NCBI GenBank assembly: GCA_017615275.1
Contig: JAGAAO010000024.1
Location: 4,172-68,171 of the forward strand
From: Butyrivibrio sp.
GTDB taxonomy: Bacteria > Bacillota > Clostridia > Lachnospirales > Lachnospiraceae
Reading direction: 5' to 3'
DNA: 64,000 nucleotides
The notes under the pieces: model-generated
Told to the model about the DNA's origin: nothing
Databases searched by the model: none
The model's input: only the letters and a program-made list of their open reading frames with translations
Translations under genes and position numbers: made by a program
Part shown: one piece after another, positions 8,555 through 18,237 of the stretch
Layout: every line of letters starts with the position of its first letter
How positions within the stretch are numbered: position 1 is the first letter of the stretch

Positions 8555-10627
8555 TCACATGTTCCTTAAACTCGAATACCCCTCAACATTCAGACTGTAG
8601 TCACTTCTGTCCAGAGAAAAATTCGGATTGTAGTAAGGATCTCCTTTATCAAGAACTTCCTTCCACTTTGTCCTGAAGTGTTCCGACTCCTGTTCATAGC
8701 GTTCTGCATTCTCTCCCTCAAGGTCAAGACCTCTTGAAAGAGACTCATAATGAAACATCTCAGCAAAAGGTGTAAATACGTTAAGATACCCTTTTTCTCT
8801 GAGTTTAAGGCAAAAATCAACATCGTTGAGACTGACCTCAAACGACTCATCAAGTCCTCCGACCTCATCGTACTTCTTACGTGAGATCATAAGACATGCT
8901 CCCGTTACCGCACTTACATCCTGTGCGTAACAAAGCCTTCCCATATATCCGAGATTCATTCCCGCCTGTCCGTAGTGAGAATGACCTGCCGTTCTGTGGG
9001 CTCCAAGCTTAAGAACAACACCTGCGTGCTGGATCTTCCTGTCGGGGAAATAAAGCTTTGCTCCGACCGCTCCCACATCATCTCTCTGGGCATACATCAA
9101 AAGTTCTTCTATCCAGTTGACGGTTATAACTTTGGTGTCGTTGTTAAGAAGTATGATGTACTCACCTTCCGAAGCTCTAACACCGTAATTTACAACCTTC
9201 GAATAATTAAATTTAGGTCTGCTTCCGTCGGGATTCAAGTTGTTCTTATCCTCATAGAAATCAACAACTTTCACAACATCCTTAAGCGGTCCGGACTTTA
9301 GCTCTTCGTAATATCCTTTTATCTCGGAGCCCTTACTTCCGTTCTCAACAACAATTATCTCATAGTTGTCGTAAACAGACTTCTCATATATCGAATCAAT
9401 GCACCTCTTAAGGTCTTCCGCATGTTCGCAGTTGGGAATTATTATGCTCACCTTGGGCGTTCCCACAACCTCATAGCTTATCTTGAATATAGTTTCAAAA
9501 GCTCTGGTGCTTGTTATCTTAAAGTGATCGTAGCCGTGACGTCTTAAATGATCAGCCACCGCTCCCTTTGCAGCCTCTATCGCATAAGGCTTCGCGCTTA
9601 TATCCGATGCAACGCTTCCCGCGTGCGATCTCCAATAGTAAAGAAGCTTGGGAATATGCACAATGTGCTCTGCCTTATCGGTAAGTCTCAGTATCATGTC
9701 GTGATCCTGGCTTCCGTCAAACTTGGTTCTGAAGAGCTCCGTTCCCTCAAGAAGTGATCTTTTAAATACACTGAAGTGGCAGATATAATTGTTTGCCCTC
9801 AGATTATCGATAGCGTAATCGGGCTTAAAATGCATTGTTATCATCTTGTTGATGTCATCGCCCTTGAAGGTCGTCTCATCACAGTAGATGTAATCTGCAT
9901 TCTCTTCGTTTATTGCCTTCACATACCAGTACAGAACTTCGGGGTGAAGAATATCATCGTGATCAAAAAGACCTATATACTCACCTTTTGCAAGTTCCAG
10001 ACAGTGGTTTGTATTTCCCGAGATACCCTCGTTCTTTTCAAGCTTCTCGTATGAAATCTTGCAGTTTCCGTCGTTATCAAGAGCACGCTCTGCCTTCATA
10101 TATTCGTTTACGATACCCGACACAAGACCTATATGTTCTTCATCCGAACCGTCTGCAAGGCAAAGCTGCCAGTTTGAATAAGTCTGCGCAAGAACAGACT
10201 CTATCATATCTCTCAAAAATTTCTCGGGTGTGTTGTAAAGAGGCACCAGGATTGAGATCAGAGGCTCTTTATCAAAAACAGTACTCTCCTGCTCTTTTCT
10301 TACTTCCTCCGAAGGGAAGCTCTCCGTTCCGTAGTGAGTCATTGCCTTTTTCTCAACCTGCTTGTACTTGATCTTGGCGATGACACCGCGGATAGATCCC
10401 TGGTTTCTTACTCTGTCAATCTGCCTTATAACAAAGTGCATGGCATTTCTGAAAGGCGTACTTGCCTTCCAGATAGGATTGTTCTTAATCCTTGCAAGCT
10501 TAAATTCAAGCTCACTGTTTTTATCCTCAAGTTCAGCGATCCTCGATGCGAGATCCGCGCTCTTGAGTTTCTCTTTTTCATATGCTGCTTTAAAATCAAA
10601 ATCTTTTTCTGACATAAAATCTTCCAA
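8555..10627 (-). CDS. Tandem GT2-GT2 polymerising glycosyltransferase with an N-terminal coiled coil
   Basis: Heptad-like N-terminus followed by NPIWKASTPFR. Domain 1 has ISILVPLYN...FDHDD...GSQDHD; domain 2 has VSIIIPN...LLNND...VGAVGAKL...NDVDFC. Confidence 0.9.
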   Translation of the reverse strand: MEDFMSEKDFDFKAAYEKEKLKSADLASRIAELEDKNSELEFKLARIKNNPIWKASTPFRNAMHFVIRQIDRVRNQGSIRGVIAKIKYKQVEKKAMTHYGTESFPSEEVRKEQESTVFDKEPLISILVPLYNTPEKFLRDMIESVLAQTYSNWQLCLADGSDEEHIGLVSGIVNEYMKAERALDNDGNCKISYEKLEKNEGISGNTNHCLELAKGEYIGLFDHDDILHPEVLYWYVKAINEENADYIYCDETTFKGDDINKMITMHFKPDYAIDNLRANNYICHFSVFKRSLLEGTELFRTKFDGSQDHDMILRLTDKAEHIVHIPKLLYYWRSHAGSVASDISAKPYAIEAAKGAVADHLRRHGYDHFKITSTRAFETIFKISYEVVGTPKVSIIIPNCEHAEDLKRCIDSIYEKSVYDNYEIIVVENGSKGSEIKGYYEELKSGPLKDVVKVVDFYEDKNNLNPDGSRPKFNYSKVVNYGVRASEGEYIILLNNDTKVITVNWIEELLMYAQRDDVGAVGAKLYFPDRKIQHAGVVLKLGAHRTAGHSHYGQAGMNLGYMGRLCYAQDVSAVTGACLMISRKKYDEVGGLDESFEVSLNDVDFCLKLREKGYLNVFTPFAEMFHYESLSRGLDLEGENAERYEQESEHFRTKWKEVLDKGDPYYNPNFSLDRSDYSLNVEGYSSLRNM

Positions 10628-12739
10628 TCAATTCTTTACATGTAAGATATTAGGTACCCAGTTAATGAGCTTAAGTCTGCTTGTTCTGTCGATCGCTAGC
10701 ATTCCGATCTGATAGAAACCGGGAGCAAGTTCGCCCTTTTTGATCCTGAGTTTGTATCCCGTAAGATCGACATTTGCCTGATCCTGAAGACGCACTCTGA
10801 TGTCGGGTCTGTACCAGACATACGGAGCAAAACTGTACACCTTGGGTCCCACAGGTCCCGCACCGTCCTCGTATCTTTCGACAAGTCTCAAAAGGAGCCT
10901 CTTGTCATACAGTGCATTATCGGAGCCGATAACGAAGCTGTATCCCTTGAGGAAATATCCCTCTTCATTTCCCTCGGTATCCACACCGTAAAGCCAGTTA
11001 TCCATAGATGCATTGTACTCGCATCCAACTCTCAGACACTGATCTTCTCTGGCTCCCCTTATACCCTTCTCGTGAATGGTAGGAGTCGCATAAGGAATAT
11101 CCTCTACAGGCGTGTAATCTTCCTTGGGGATGATCGCCGATATAGTCTCATCCTCCGTAAGATGCGGACTGTAGAACGGATCTACATTGTACAGATGAGA
11201 GTGTCTCCTCATGAGAGTCTCGCCCTCAGCCGCAAGTCTGTCCATCTTCTTGGGATCCAGATTATCGAGTCCCCTCGTAAGTGATTCATGATGATACAGA
11301 TAAGTGTGATTGCAACAAACGTTGTAGTAGCCCTTTTCAAACACGCTGTAGCAGAAATCCACATCGTTAAAGGCAACCTTCAGTTCCTCAGGGAACCCTC
11401 CCACATCGTTGTACTTGCGTCTGCTTATAAGAAGGCATGCCGCAGTTACACCTATCATGTTATGTATTCCTCTGTTATAGCCAAAGTAATGGCTCTTGTT
11501 GTCGTGCATTTTCTGAAGCTTGTGCACGGGTCCTCTTCTCACATTGGCAATTCCCGCATGCTGAATAAGATCTGTCTTGGGATAAATAAGCTTAGCTCCG
11601 ACAGCGCCCACATGCTTAAGCTGCGCCTGCGAAATAAGCTCCGTAAGCCAGCCTTCCTTAACCGCCTCAATATCGTCGTTAAGGAAAAGAAGATATTCTC
11701 CGTTTGAATTTCTCGCGCCCTGATTGCACATTGCCGAGAAATTGAATTCCTGAAGCTTATAAATATAGCTTATCTTTGTAAGTCCGTTTTTTCTGGGTGC
11801 TCTCGAAGCATAAACTCCGTACTTAACCCTGTTTGCAGCGGAACTTCCGTTGTCTATAACCACAATGTCATAGGTTATTCCGGCGTCCTTGGTAGTCTCG
11901 ATTATCGAATTGAGACACTGCTGGAATATTTCCGGATGATCCTTTGACGGAATGATAATGCTCACAGTCACAGGTTTTAACAGCATATGCCTTGAGTTGT
12001 GGTAACTTCTTCCGTAGAAGACATCCTGTCCCGCATTTCTGTGGAACAGCACTTCTCTTATGTGACCGATAGGTAGCTCAACTCCCGTTCTCTTTGCAAA
12101 TGCTCTCTCATGTATAGCCAACATACAAAAAAGAACATCCGCCGAAAGAAGAGATGCTTCAAGTCCCACCTGCTCGGGTGAGTTCTTTTTATTTGCCGTA
12201 CCGCCGAGCATCTTCACTGCATTGTCATATTCAGGTATCGCCGCATGCACAGTTTTTGATCTGCATGCAAAAAAACTGCCTATGTAAAATGCGTTCAAAT
12301 ACGAATCAGGTGACCAGTCGGGCTTAAAGAAAGGATGAATATACTTTCCGCCGTTTCCGATCTCATCTTCGTCTCCGTACACTATATTGTGCTCGGGATG
12401 AGCTATAAAATACTGTTTTATTACTTCTGTGGCTCTCTTTGTAAGTTTTCCTTTCGGACTTACAAAAATATAAACCACATTTTCGTCGTTCTTGGTATCT
12501 GTTATTTCCCACACCTTTGCATAGGGAACAACCTTTATCTTGGGTTCAGGAAGCTTATTCGGGATAAGTTCACCGTTCGCTCCCGTCTCATATTGAATAG
12601 GGGCCTCTGCCTTTATTACAGGGCTTTTTTCGACATTCTTCTGCCATTTATCGTAAGCTGAAGCCTTCGCGCTTACCGCCTTGTTATATTTAGTTGTTCT
12701 CTTTTTGGCAAGAGTTGATTTAACTAAATCCTTAAGCAT
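10628..12739 (-). CDS. GT2 glycosyltransferase with a degenerate first domain, intact second domain and extra C-terminal domain
   Basis: VYGDED/FKPDWSPD remnant, then VSIIIPS, DNGS, FNFS, FLNDD, IQHAG and FNDVDFC. Confidence 0.87.
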   Translation of the reverse strand: MLKDLVKSTLAKKRTTKYNKAVSAKASAYDKWQKNVEKSPVIKAEAPIQYETGANGELIPNKLPEPKIKVVPYAKVWEITDTKNDENVVYIFVSPKGKLTKRATEVIKQYFIAHPEHNIVYGDEDEIGNGGKYIHPFFKPDWSPDSYLNAFYIGSFFACRSKTVHAAIPEYDNAVKMLGGTANKKNSPEQVGLEASLLSADVLFCMLAIHERAFAKRTGVELPIGHIREVLFHRNAGQDVFYGRSYHNSRHMLLKPVTVSIIIPSKDHPEIFQQCLNSIIETTKDAGITYDIVVIDNGSSAANRVKYGVYASRAPRKNGLTKISYIYKLQEFNFSAMCNQGARNSNGEYLLFLNDDIEAVKEGWLTELISQAQLKHVGAVGAKLIYPKTDLIQHAGIANVRRGPVHKLQKMHDNKSHYFGYNRGIHNMIGVTAACLLISRRKYNDVGGFPEELKVAFNDVDFCYSVFEKGYYNVCCNHTYLYHHESLTRGLDNLDPKKMDRLAAEGETLMRRHSHLYNVDPFYSPHLTEDETISAIIPKEDYTPVEDIPYATPTIHEKGIRGAREDQCLRVGCEYNASMDNWLYGVDTEGNEEGYFLKGYSFVIGSDNALYDKRLLLRLVERYEDGAGPVGPKVYSFAPYVWYRPDIRVRLQDQANVDLTGYKLRIKKGELAPGFYQIGMLAIDRTSRLKLINWVPNILHVKN

Positions 12740-12748
12740 TCCCCGTTT

Positions 12749-14908
12749 TTACTCCTCGTCTTTGTAATAGCGCTCCTCACGCTTCTGACTGATCTTTCTG
12801 CCGATCTTTTTTATTATCCCCAACTTTTCCTCAGGTTCGGCAGTCTGCCGGGTATCAATGGAATTAAGAATGGCATCCGCTGCATTCTTAGGAACTAACG
12901 TAGTGAGTATCCTAAGCTTAAGACTATTTCTCTCCTTTATGCTGAGTCCGCTTCCCGTCAGATCAAACTCAATATTCGGGTCATCCGTGTTGAACACAAA
13001 GGAATCATCAGATATCCACTCACCGTTTACAGGCCTGAGTGTTATGTCTGTAGCGCTGTCATCCATAGATACGCCGTTCCACTCCGCATCAAGAATGGTA
13101 ACTATGCACGGTGCAAATGCAGGATCAAATCTGAGCACCTTGCAATGTGCATCGACAAGAATATCAACTTCAATAATGTTGTTGTCATCGTACTGCTCTT
13201 CGGGGAAGATCGAATCATCCTCCGAATAGCCCGTTCCCTCATCAAAATAAACCTGTACACAGTCTGCGGGTCTTGCTGCATCCGCAGTCTTTGCAAGTTC
13301 CTTGGGAACGATCACTTTTCTTCCTATATCCTTCCAGATCTCCACGAGAGATTTGCGATTTCCCGTAACATACTTCTGGAACGCATATTCTTCATCAAGA
13401 AGAACCTGAATATCCTTTTCGGTAAGCCCCAGTCTCTCATAAACAGGTTTGGGATCGAATTTCTCCCTCTTCCTGTCTTCAAGTCTGTAGCAGTAAAGCG
13501 ATCTCCACACCTGTTCTTTCGGAGGGATACACTTTCCGTAAGTCCACTCATAATCTATTATAGTCCAGATTGGACCGTTTACCATTATGTTAGAAAAAAT
13601 CAGATCATAGTCCGATACCGGATAATCTTCCTTGTAGTGAAGTCTCTTTTCATACTCGCTGATAAGAGCATTGAAAGCTTCCATGTCGTCTCTGTCAATG
13701 CACTGATCGAGAAGCGATGCCAGAGGTACTCCGTTTACAAAAGAAAAGATCGCACAACCTTCCTGCTCATTTATCTGGCAGTCATTTATCTCAAAATCTC
13801 CGCCTCTGAACTTCTCCTGAAGTCCGAGGTAAGCGTCACGAAGTCCGAATACATGCTCTTTTGCAGCCTCTGTAAGAGGGAACTTCTTGATGATCTTCCT
13901 GCCCGCTCTGTCTATGGCGATATCCGTTCTTATCTTGAACTCATCAACTCTGTCATTGCTGTATTTACTGTAGATCGTATCAAAGCCGGGTCCCAATATT
14001 ACTTCAAAAGAATTGGCAAAATCAGGGTACATTCCGTCTTTTACAAGATCTTCATATGCGTGTTTCTCGTTAAAGAGAACAAGTCTGTCTCTGTCAAAGT
14101 TTCTAACATTGTCCTGAAGCTCTCCGAACTTAGGGAAATAAGAATCGGAGTGGATCATTGTCATAAGCTTGTAGTCAGGATACGGATAGTAGAAATGATA
14201 ATCGTTCATTCCGCACTTTTTGAATATATTGATAAGTCCGTTTCTGGTAAAAGTCTTCGCTACGCTGTCTGACGTATATCCCTCGATTCCCTTGAAATAA
14301 GTGCCGAGGTGATCCTCTGAGCATCCCGCAAAATATTTAAGTCCGAGGCGATTCTCGATAGCTATAACTATTCTTCCGCCCTTCTTAAGGTGCCTGTTAA
14401 GCATTCTAAGGAACTTCTCGTACGGATTGTCCGTTCCGATATATCCCTGACCGTACTCAAATACACCTATAAGGAAAATATAATCAAAATCTCTGTCAAG
14501 ATCGGGCTCCACGTCTCTGAAGTTTCCGACATGAATAGTAACGTTTCCGCACTCTTTGTTTCTGTTTGCATTAATCTCAGATCTTCTTCTTGAAAGATCA
14601 CACGCAACAACAGAGCCTGCCTTCTTTGAAAGCATGCCTGTTATGGCTCCGCATCCGGATCCCACTTCGAGAACCTTGGCGTTTGGATCCATAGGAATCC
14701 ACTCAACTATATTGGCTCTCTGATCGGAAAGGTGATAAAGAATAGGCCAGCTCGCCTTTTCCTCTATAATGCGCGGATACTCTTCCTTGCCGTATTTTTT
14801 TACAATCTCAAGAAGATCGTTCTCTACAGAACCGTCACTGTACAGATCAACCCCGGAATAATGTTTGAAATTAAGTGTGACATTGCCAATCTTAATCTGT
14901 TCCTGCAT
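12749..14908 (-). CDS. Class I SAM methyltransferase fused to a kinase-like domain (WbdD-like chain terminator)
   Basis: VLEVGSGCG SAM motif, IGVFEY, LKKGG and IENRLGLKYF. The middle region has KIIKK, YDLIFSNIM and IIDYEW, resembling kinase Lys, catalytic-loop and DFG motifs. Confidence 0.8.
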   Translation of the reverse strand: MQEQIKIGNVTLNFKHYSGVDLYSDGSVENDLLEIVKKYGKEEYPRIIEEKASWPILYHLSDQRANIVEWIPMDPNAKVLEVGSGCGAITGMLSKKAGSVVACDLSRRRSEINANRNKECGNVTIHVGNFRDVEPDLDRDFDYIFLIGVFEYGQGYIGTDNPYEKFLRMLNRHLKKGGRIVIAIENRLGLKYFAGCSEDHLGTYFKGIEGYTSDSVAKTFTRNGLINIFKKCGMNDYHFYYPYPDYKLMTMIHSDSYFPKFGELQDNVRNFDRDRLVLFNEKHAYEDLVKDGMYPDFANSFEVILGPGFDTIYSKYSNDRVDEFKIRTDIAIDRAGRKIIKKFPLTEAAKEHVFGLRDAYLGLQEKFRGGDFEINDCQINEQEGCAIFSFVNGVPLASLLDQCIDRDDMEAFNALISEYEKRLHYKEDYPVSDYDLIFSNIMVNGPIWTIIDYEWTYGKCIPPKEQVWRSLYCYRLEDRKREKFDPKPVYERLGLTEKDIQVLLDEEYAFQKYVTGNRKSLVEIWKDIGRKVIVPKELAKTADAARPADCVQVYFDEGTGYSEDDSIFPEEQYDDNNIIEVDILVDAHCKVLRFDPAFAPCIVTILDAEWNGVSMDDSATDITLRPVNGEWISDDSFVFNTDDPNIEFDLTGSGLSIKERNSLKLRILTTLVPKNAADAILNSIDTRQTAEPEEKLGIIKKIGRKISQKREERYYKDEE

Positions 14909-16232
14909 CTATATCTCTCACTTTACATGTTGTGTCCATGTCATAATATCCAACCGTGTTCTTGTCCGAAACAACTGTGATATTAAGAACATCGTACAAT
15001 CTGTGGTAAACTGTAAAATCGTTCTGTTCAAAACCTGTAACACCGAAGCTGAGAAGATACTCTCCTCCCTGAAGGGACATCTTCTGAGTAAAGGTTATTT
15101 CCTTCTTATCGCCCTTCTTTACAGGTTCCAAAAAAGCTTTCTCGACCATGGAGTTGGTACCCGTGATCTCAATACCCAAAATATTCTTAAAGGTAAATGC
15201 GAATATTGGCGCCGCAATATCCTCGTTGAACTCAACTTCCATGTGGATGGTAAATTCTGTTCCCTTTATGATCGAAGCAGATCTTACTCCCTTTGAATCG
15301 GTAACATAATAATTTGTTATGTTTGCCGCTCCGTCGCCGTACTCAAGGGCATCGGGATTGAGCGAAGCATCCTTTGGCTTCTCCTCCTCTTTACCCGATA
15401 TCTTGGCTTCCGCCTTCTTATCGGCTTCTTCCGCTGCCTTTCTGATATCCTCATCATCAAGAAGATTTCCGATATCGCTGCTAGGAAGAGGATACTGACC
15501 CACAAGAACCTGCTTGTAGATATCTATCATCTTCTTTGGCGTTCCCTCTCCGAGAAGAACACCCTTGTTAAGAAGAACCGCTCTGTCACAATATTTACTG
15601 ATACTTGAGAGATCATGAGAAACAAAAAGAATTGTCTTTCCCTGTTCCTTGAACTCTTCAAATTTGTGATAGCACTTAGCCTGGAAGAATACGTCTCCTA
15701 CAGAAAGTGCCTCGTCAACTATAAGGATCTCCGGATCGATGTTTATGGCAACCGCAAACGCAAGTCGCACAAACATACCGCTTGAATAAGTCTTTACAGG
15801 CTGATAAACATAATCACCTATATCCGCAAATTCAAGGATCGCATCCATTTTTTTATCTATTTCTTCTTCGGAAAAGCCTATCATCATACCGTTTAAGTAA
15901 ATGTTGTCAATTCCGTTATATTCCATGTTAAAACCGGCGCCAAGCTCTAAAAGAGCCGATATATGGCCGTCTACATTAACTTCGCCCGCTGTAGGTGTAA
16001 GTACACCTGTGATAATCTTAAGGATTGTTGATTTACCCGATCCGTTGGTTCCGATTATTCCGACCGTCTCACCTTTTTTGACCGTGAGATTTACGTTGTT
16101 AAGAGCAATGTGCTTCTTAAACACTTTGTTTCCGGCAAGACCAAACGAATCCTTAACCCTATCCATGGGCTTTTCGTACAATTTATATACTTTACTGAGG
16201 TTCTTAACCTCAATAGCTACGTCTTTCTTCAT
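14892..16232 (-). CDS. wzt: Polysaccharide ABC exporter ATPase with a C-terminal carbohydrate-binding (Wzt_C-like) domain
   Basis: GTNGSGKST Walker A, YSSGM signature, ILIVDEALSVGD and VSH, plus a beta-rich C-terminal extension starting at YGDG. Confidence 0.93.
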   Translation of the reverse strand: MKKDVAIEVKNLSKVYKLYEKPMDRVKDSFGLAGNKVFKKHIALNNVNLTVKKGETVGIIGTNGSGKSTILKIITGVLTPTAGEVNVDGHISALLELGAGFNMEYNGIDNIYLNGMMIGFSEEEIDKKMDAILEFADIGDYVYQPVKTYSSGMFVRLAFAVAINIDPEILIVDEALSVGDVFFQAKCYHKFEEFKEQGKTILFVSHDLSSISKYCDRAVLLNKGVLLGEGTPKKMIDIYKQVLVGQYPLPSSDIGNLLDDEDIRKAAEEADKKAEAKISGKEEEKPKDASLNPDALEYGDGAANITNYYVTDSKGVRSASIIKGTEFTIHMEVEFNEDIAAPIFAFTFKNILGIEITGTNSMVEKAFLEPVKKGDKKEITFTQKMSLQGGEYLLSFGVTGFEQNDFTVYHRLYDVLNITVVSDKNTVGYYDMDTTCKVRDIDAGTD

Positions 16233-16252
16233 GCATTTCTCCGTGTCATTCT

Positions 16253-17275
16253 TTACAATACGTCCGCAAAATGAGGTTTAAGTCTCTTGAAAGTAACCGC
16301 TCCGAAACAGAACAATCCAAGTACAACAAGCCAGAAATATGTGGATGAATAGAAATCTTCATAAAACCACGTTTCTCCGTAAATGGAATTTCTGAATCCT
16401 TCAACAATGATAGTCATCGGATTAAGCTTAAAAAACCACTGCAAATTGTTATCAACAATGAATTTCTGATCTTCCATATTCCAAAGAATAGGCGTCACCC
16501 ACATAAAGACCTGCAAACCAATGTTTATTATCTGCAAAAGGTCTCTGAAAAAAACTACAATCGCACTTGTAAAATAACTTAATGAAAGAACAAGAATAAA
16601 CTCACATGCCATATAGTACAGAATCTGAATCCAGTAAATACTTGGATAAAAGCCAAAACTACATGCCATAATGAGTAATATACATATAAAGAAAACATGC
16701 ATAAACATAGCTGCAATTATCTTGATAATAGGAAGAATACTGATCTTAAAAAGTACCTTTTTTACAAGATAATTATACTCAAGAAGAGCGGTCGTACCAT
16801 TTGTGAGTGCCTCACTGAAAAAGAACCATGGAACAAGTCCCGCTGTCAAAAAAAGAGCCAAATCCACCTTTACCGATTGTGCCATACCTGCTCTGGGGGA
16901 TGAGACCATACCTCCTCCCATCATCTTTCCAAACACAAACCAATAAAGCGTAACAGTAACTACCGGCTGAGCAAACGCCCAGACGATTCCCATTGCGGAA
17001 CCTGCATATCTCTTTTTAAAATCATTGACCGACAGTCTCTTTATAAGCTTTCTGTTCTGGAACAGCTCAATTGGAAGAACCGTCAATTTGTCATACCACA
17101 AAGTGACCAAGATACAGAGAGCGCCCAGTAGAATACAACCGGATATCTTTTTCCTGATCTCTGAAAGTTGGTCCGCAAACGGGTTTTGATGTAACACAAG
17201 TATAAGCGCCAAAGCAAACGCCAATACATAGAAAACGCCCAAGAAGATATTCTTGGGGGGTTTTCTGATTTTCAT
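16253..17275 (-). CDS. wzm: Polysaccharide ABC exporter permease with an N-terminal extension
   Basis: DFKKRYAGSAMGIVW, GLVPWFFF, LVKKV, FFRD, TPILW, LNPM and terminal FADVL. Probable ATG at 17275. Confidence 0.92.
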   Translation of the reverse strand: MKIRKPPKNIFLGVFYVLAFALALILVLHQNPFADQLSEIRKKISGCILLGALCILVTLWYDKLTVLPIELFQNRKLIKRLSVNDFKKRYAGSAMGIVWAFAQPVVTVTLYWFVFGKMMGGGMVSSPRAGMAQSVKVDLALFLTAGLVPWFFFSEALTNGTTALLEYNYLVKKVLFKISILPIIKIIAAMFMHVFFICILLIMACSFGFYPSIYWIQILYYMACEFILVLSLSYFTSAIVVFFRDLLQIINIGLQVFMWVTPILWNMEDQKFIVDNNLQWFFKLNPMTIIVEGFRNSIYGETWFYEDFYSSTYFWLVVLGLFCFGAVTFKRLKPHFADVL

Positions 17276-17283
17276 TCTTTTGT

Positions 17284-17829
17284 TCAAAACTCTTTTATTC
17301 CTCCCCACTTAGTGTCTTTTTCGGAAAGGTTAAGTTCTACGCCATCTATAAGAGGCCATTCTACGCCGATATCGGGGTCATTCCAAATAAGCCCTCCCTC
17401 ATCGTTAGGATGATAAAAATCGGAGCACTTGTAAGCAAATTCCGCATACTCAGAAAGGACATAGAATCCGTGAGCAAATCCCTTGGGAATGAAGAACTGT
17501 TTCTTGTTCTCGGCGGACAAAACCACGCCAAACCACTTACCAAAGGTCTTTGAATCTCTTCTGAGATCAACCGCAACATCGAAAACTTCGCCATTTATGC
17601 AACGAACAAGCTTGTCCTGAGGAAATTCCTTCTGAAAATGAAGTCCCCTTAAAACACCCTGCTTACTTGCAGACTGATTGTCCTGAACAAACTCAACATC
17701 GATACCTGCTTCAACAAAATCATTTTTATTGTAAGTCTCTACAAAATATCCTCTTGCATCTCCGAACACAGTTGGAGTTATAACCTTAAGTCCCTCAATC
17801 TCACATGTTTCAACGCTAATCTTTCCCAT
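17284..17829 (-). CDS. rmlC: dTDP-4-dehydrorhamnose 3,5-epimerase
   Basis: FGDARGYF, FVQDNQS, GVLRGLHFQ, DVAVDLR and GFAHGF. ATG at 17829 follows GGAG. Confidence 0.95.
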   Translation of the reverse strand: MGKISVETCEIEGLKVITPTVFGDARGYFVETYNKNDFVEAGIDVEFVQDNQSASKQGVLRGLHFQKEFPQDKLVRCINGEVFDVAVDLRRDSKTFGKWFGVVLSAENKKQFFIPKGFAHGFYVLSEYAEFAYKCSDFYHPNDEGGLIWNDPDIGVEWPLIDGVELNLSEKDTKWGGIKEF

Positions 17830-17848
17830 TTTTTTCACATCTCCAAAT

Positions 17849-18217
17849 CTAGTTTGTTCCCACAACAGATGCGGGAGCTATATAATCTTCATATTCGATA
17901 TCCGATGAAGATCCGAGTGCGGCGCTTGCCTGCTCCGTACTCTCATTCTTTTCGATAACGACAGACGGAATCTCCTCGTAATCATCAAAGAAATTCACAT
18001 CATTCAGAAAGCCCTGTGTATTATCCCCGATCTGCTCTCCGTATGCACTGCCGTTAGCGCTTGAATAGGTTGCGGCAGAGGCGCCGGCATTCGAAGCCTC
18101 TCCCTTGCCGAAAAGTTCATTTATTTTGTCAGCATTTGTGGCATAGACTATGACCAGCACCAAAATAAGCGCACTGACAATAGCAAGCATCGCCGTCCTG
18201 AATACTTTATAGTCCAT
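17849..18217 (-). CDS. Small single-pass membrane protein of unknown function with an Ala/Ser- and acid-rich tail
   Basis: N-terminal hydrophobic helix; fills the gap between rmlA and rmlC; ATG at 18217 follows GAGG. Confidence 0.7.
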   Translation of the reverse strand: MDYKVFRTAMLAIVSALILVLVIVYATNADKINELFGKGEASNAGASAATYSSANGSAYGEQIGDNTQGFLNDVNFFDDYEEIPSVVIEKNESTEQASAALGSSSDIEYEDYIAPASVVGTN

Positions 18218-18237
18218 CTGCAACCTCTGTTCCTTTA

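Noticed and set aside
13145-14272. Long plus-strand 375-aa ORF
   Set aside because: Fully antisense to the methyltransferase, with no motifs and the I/F/L/V bias typical of shadow frames.
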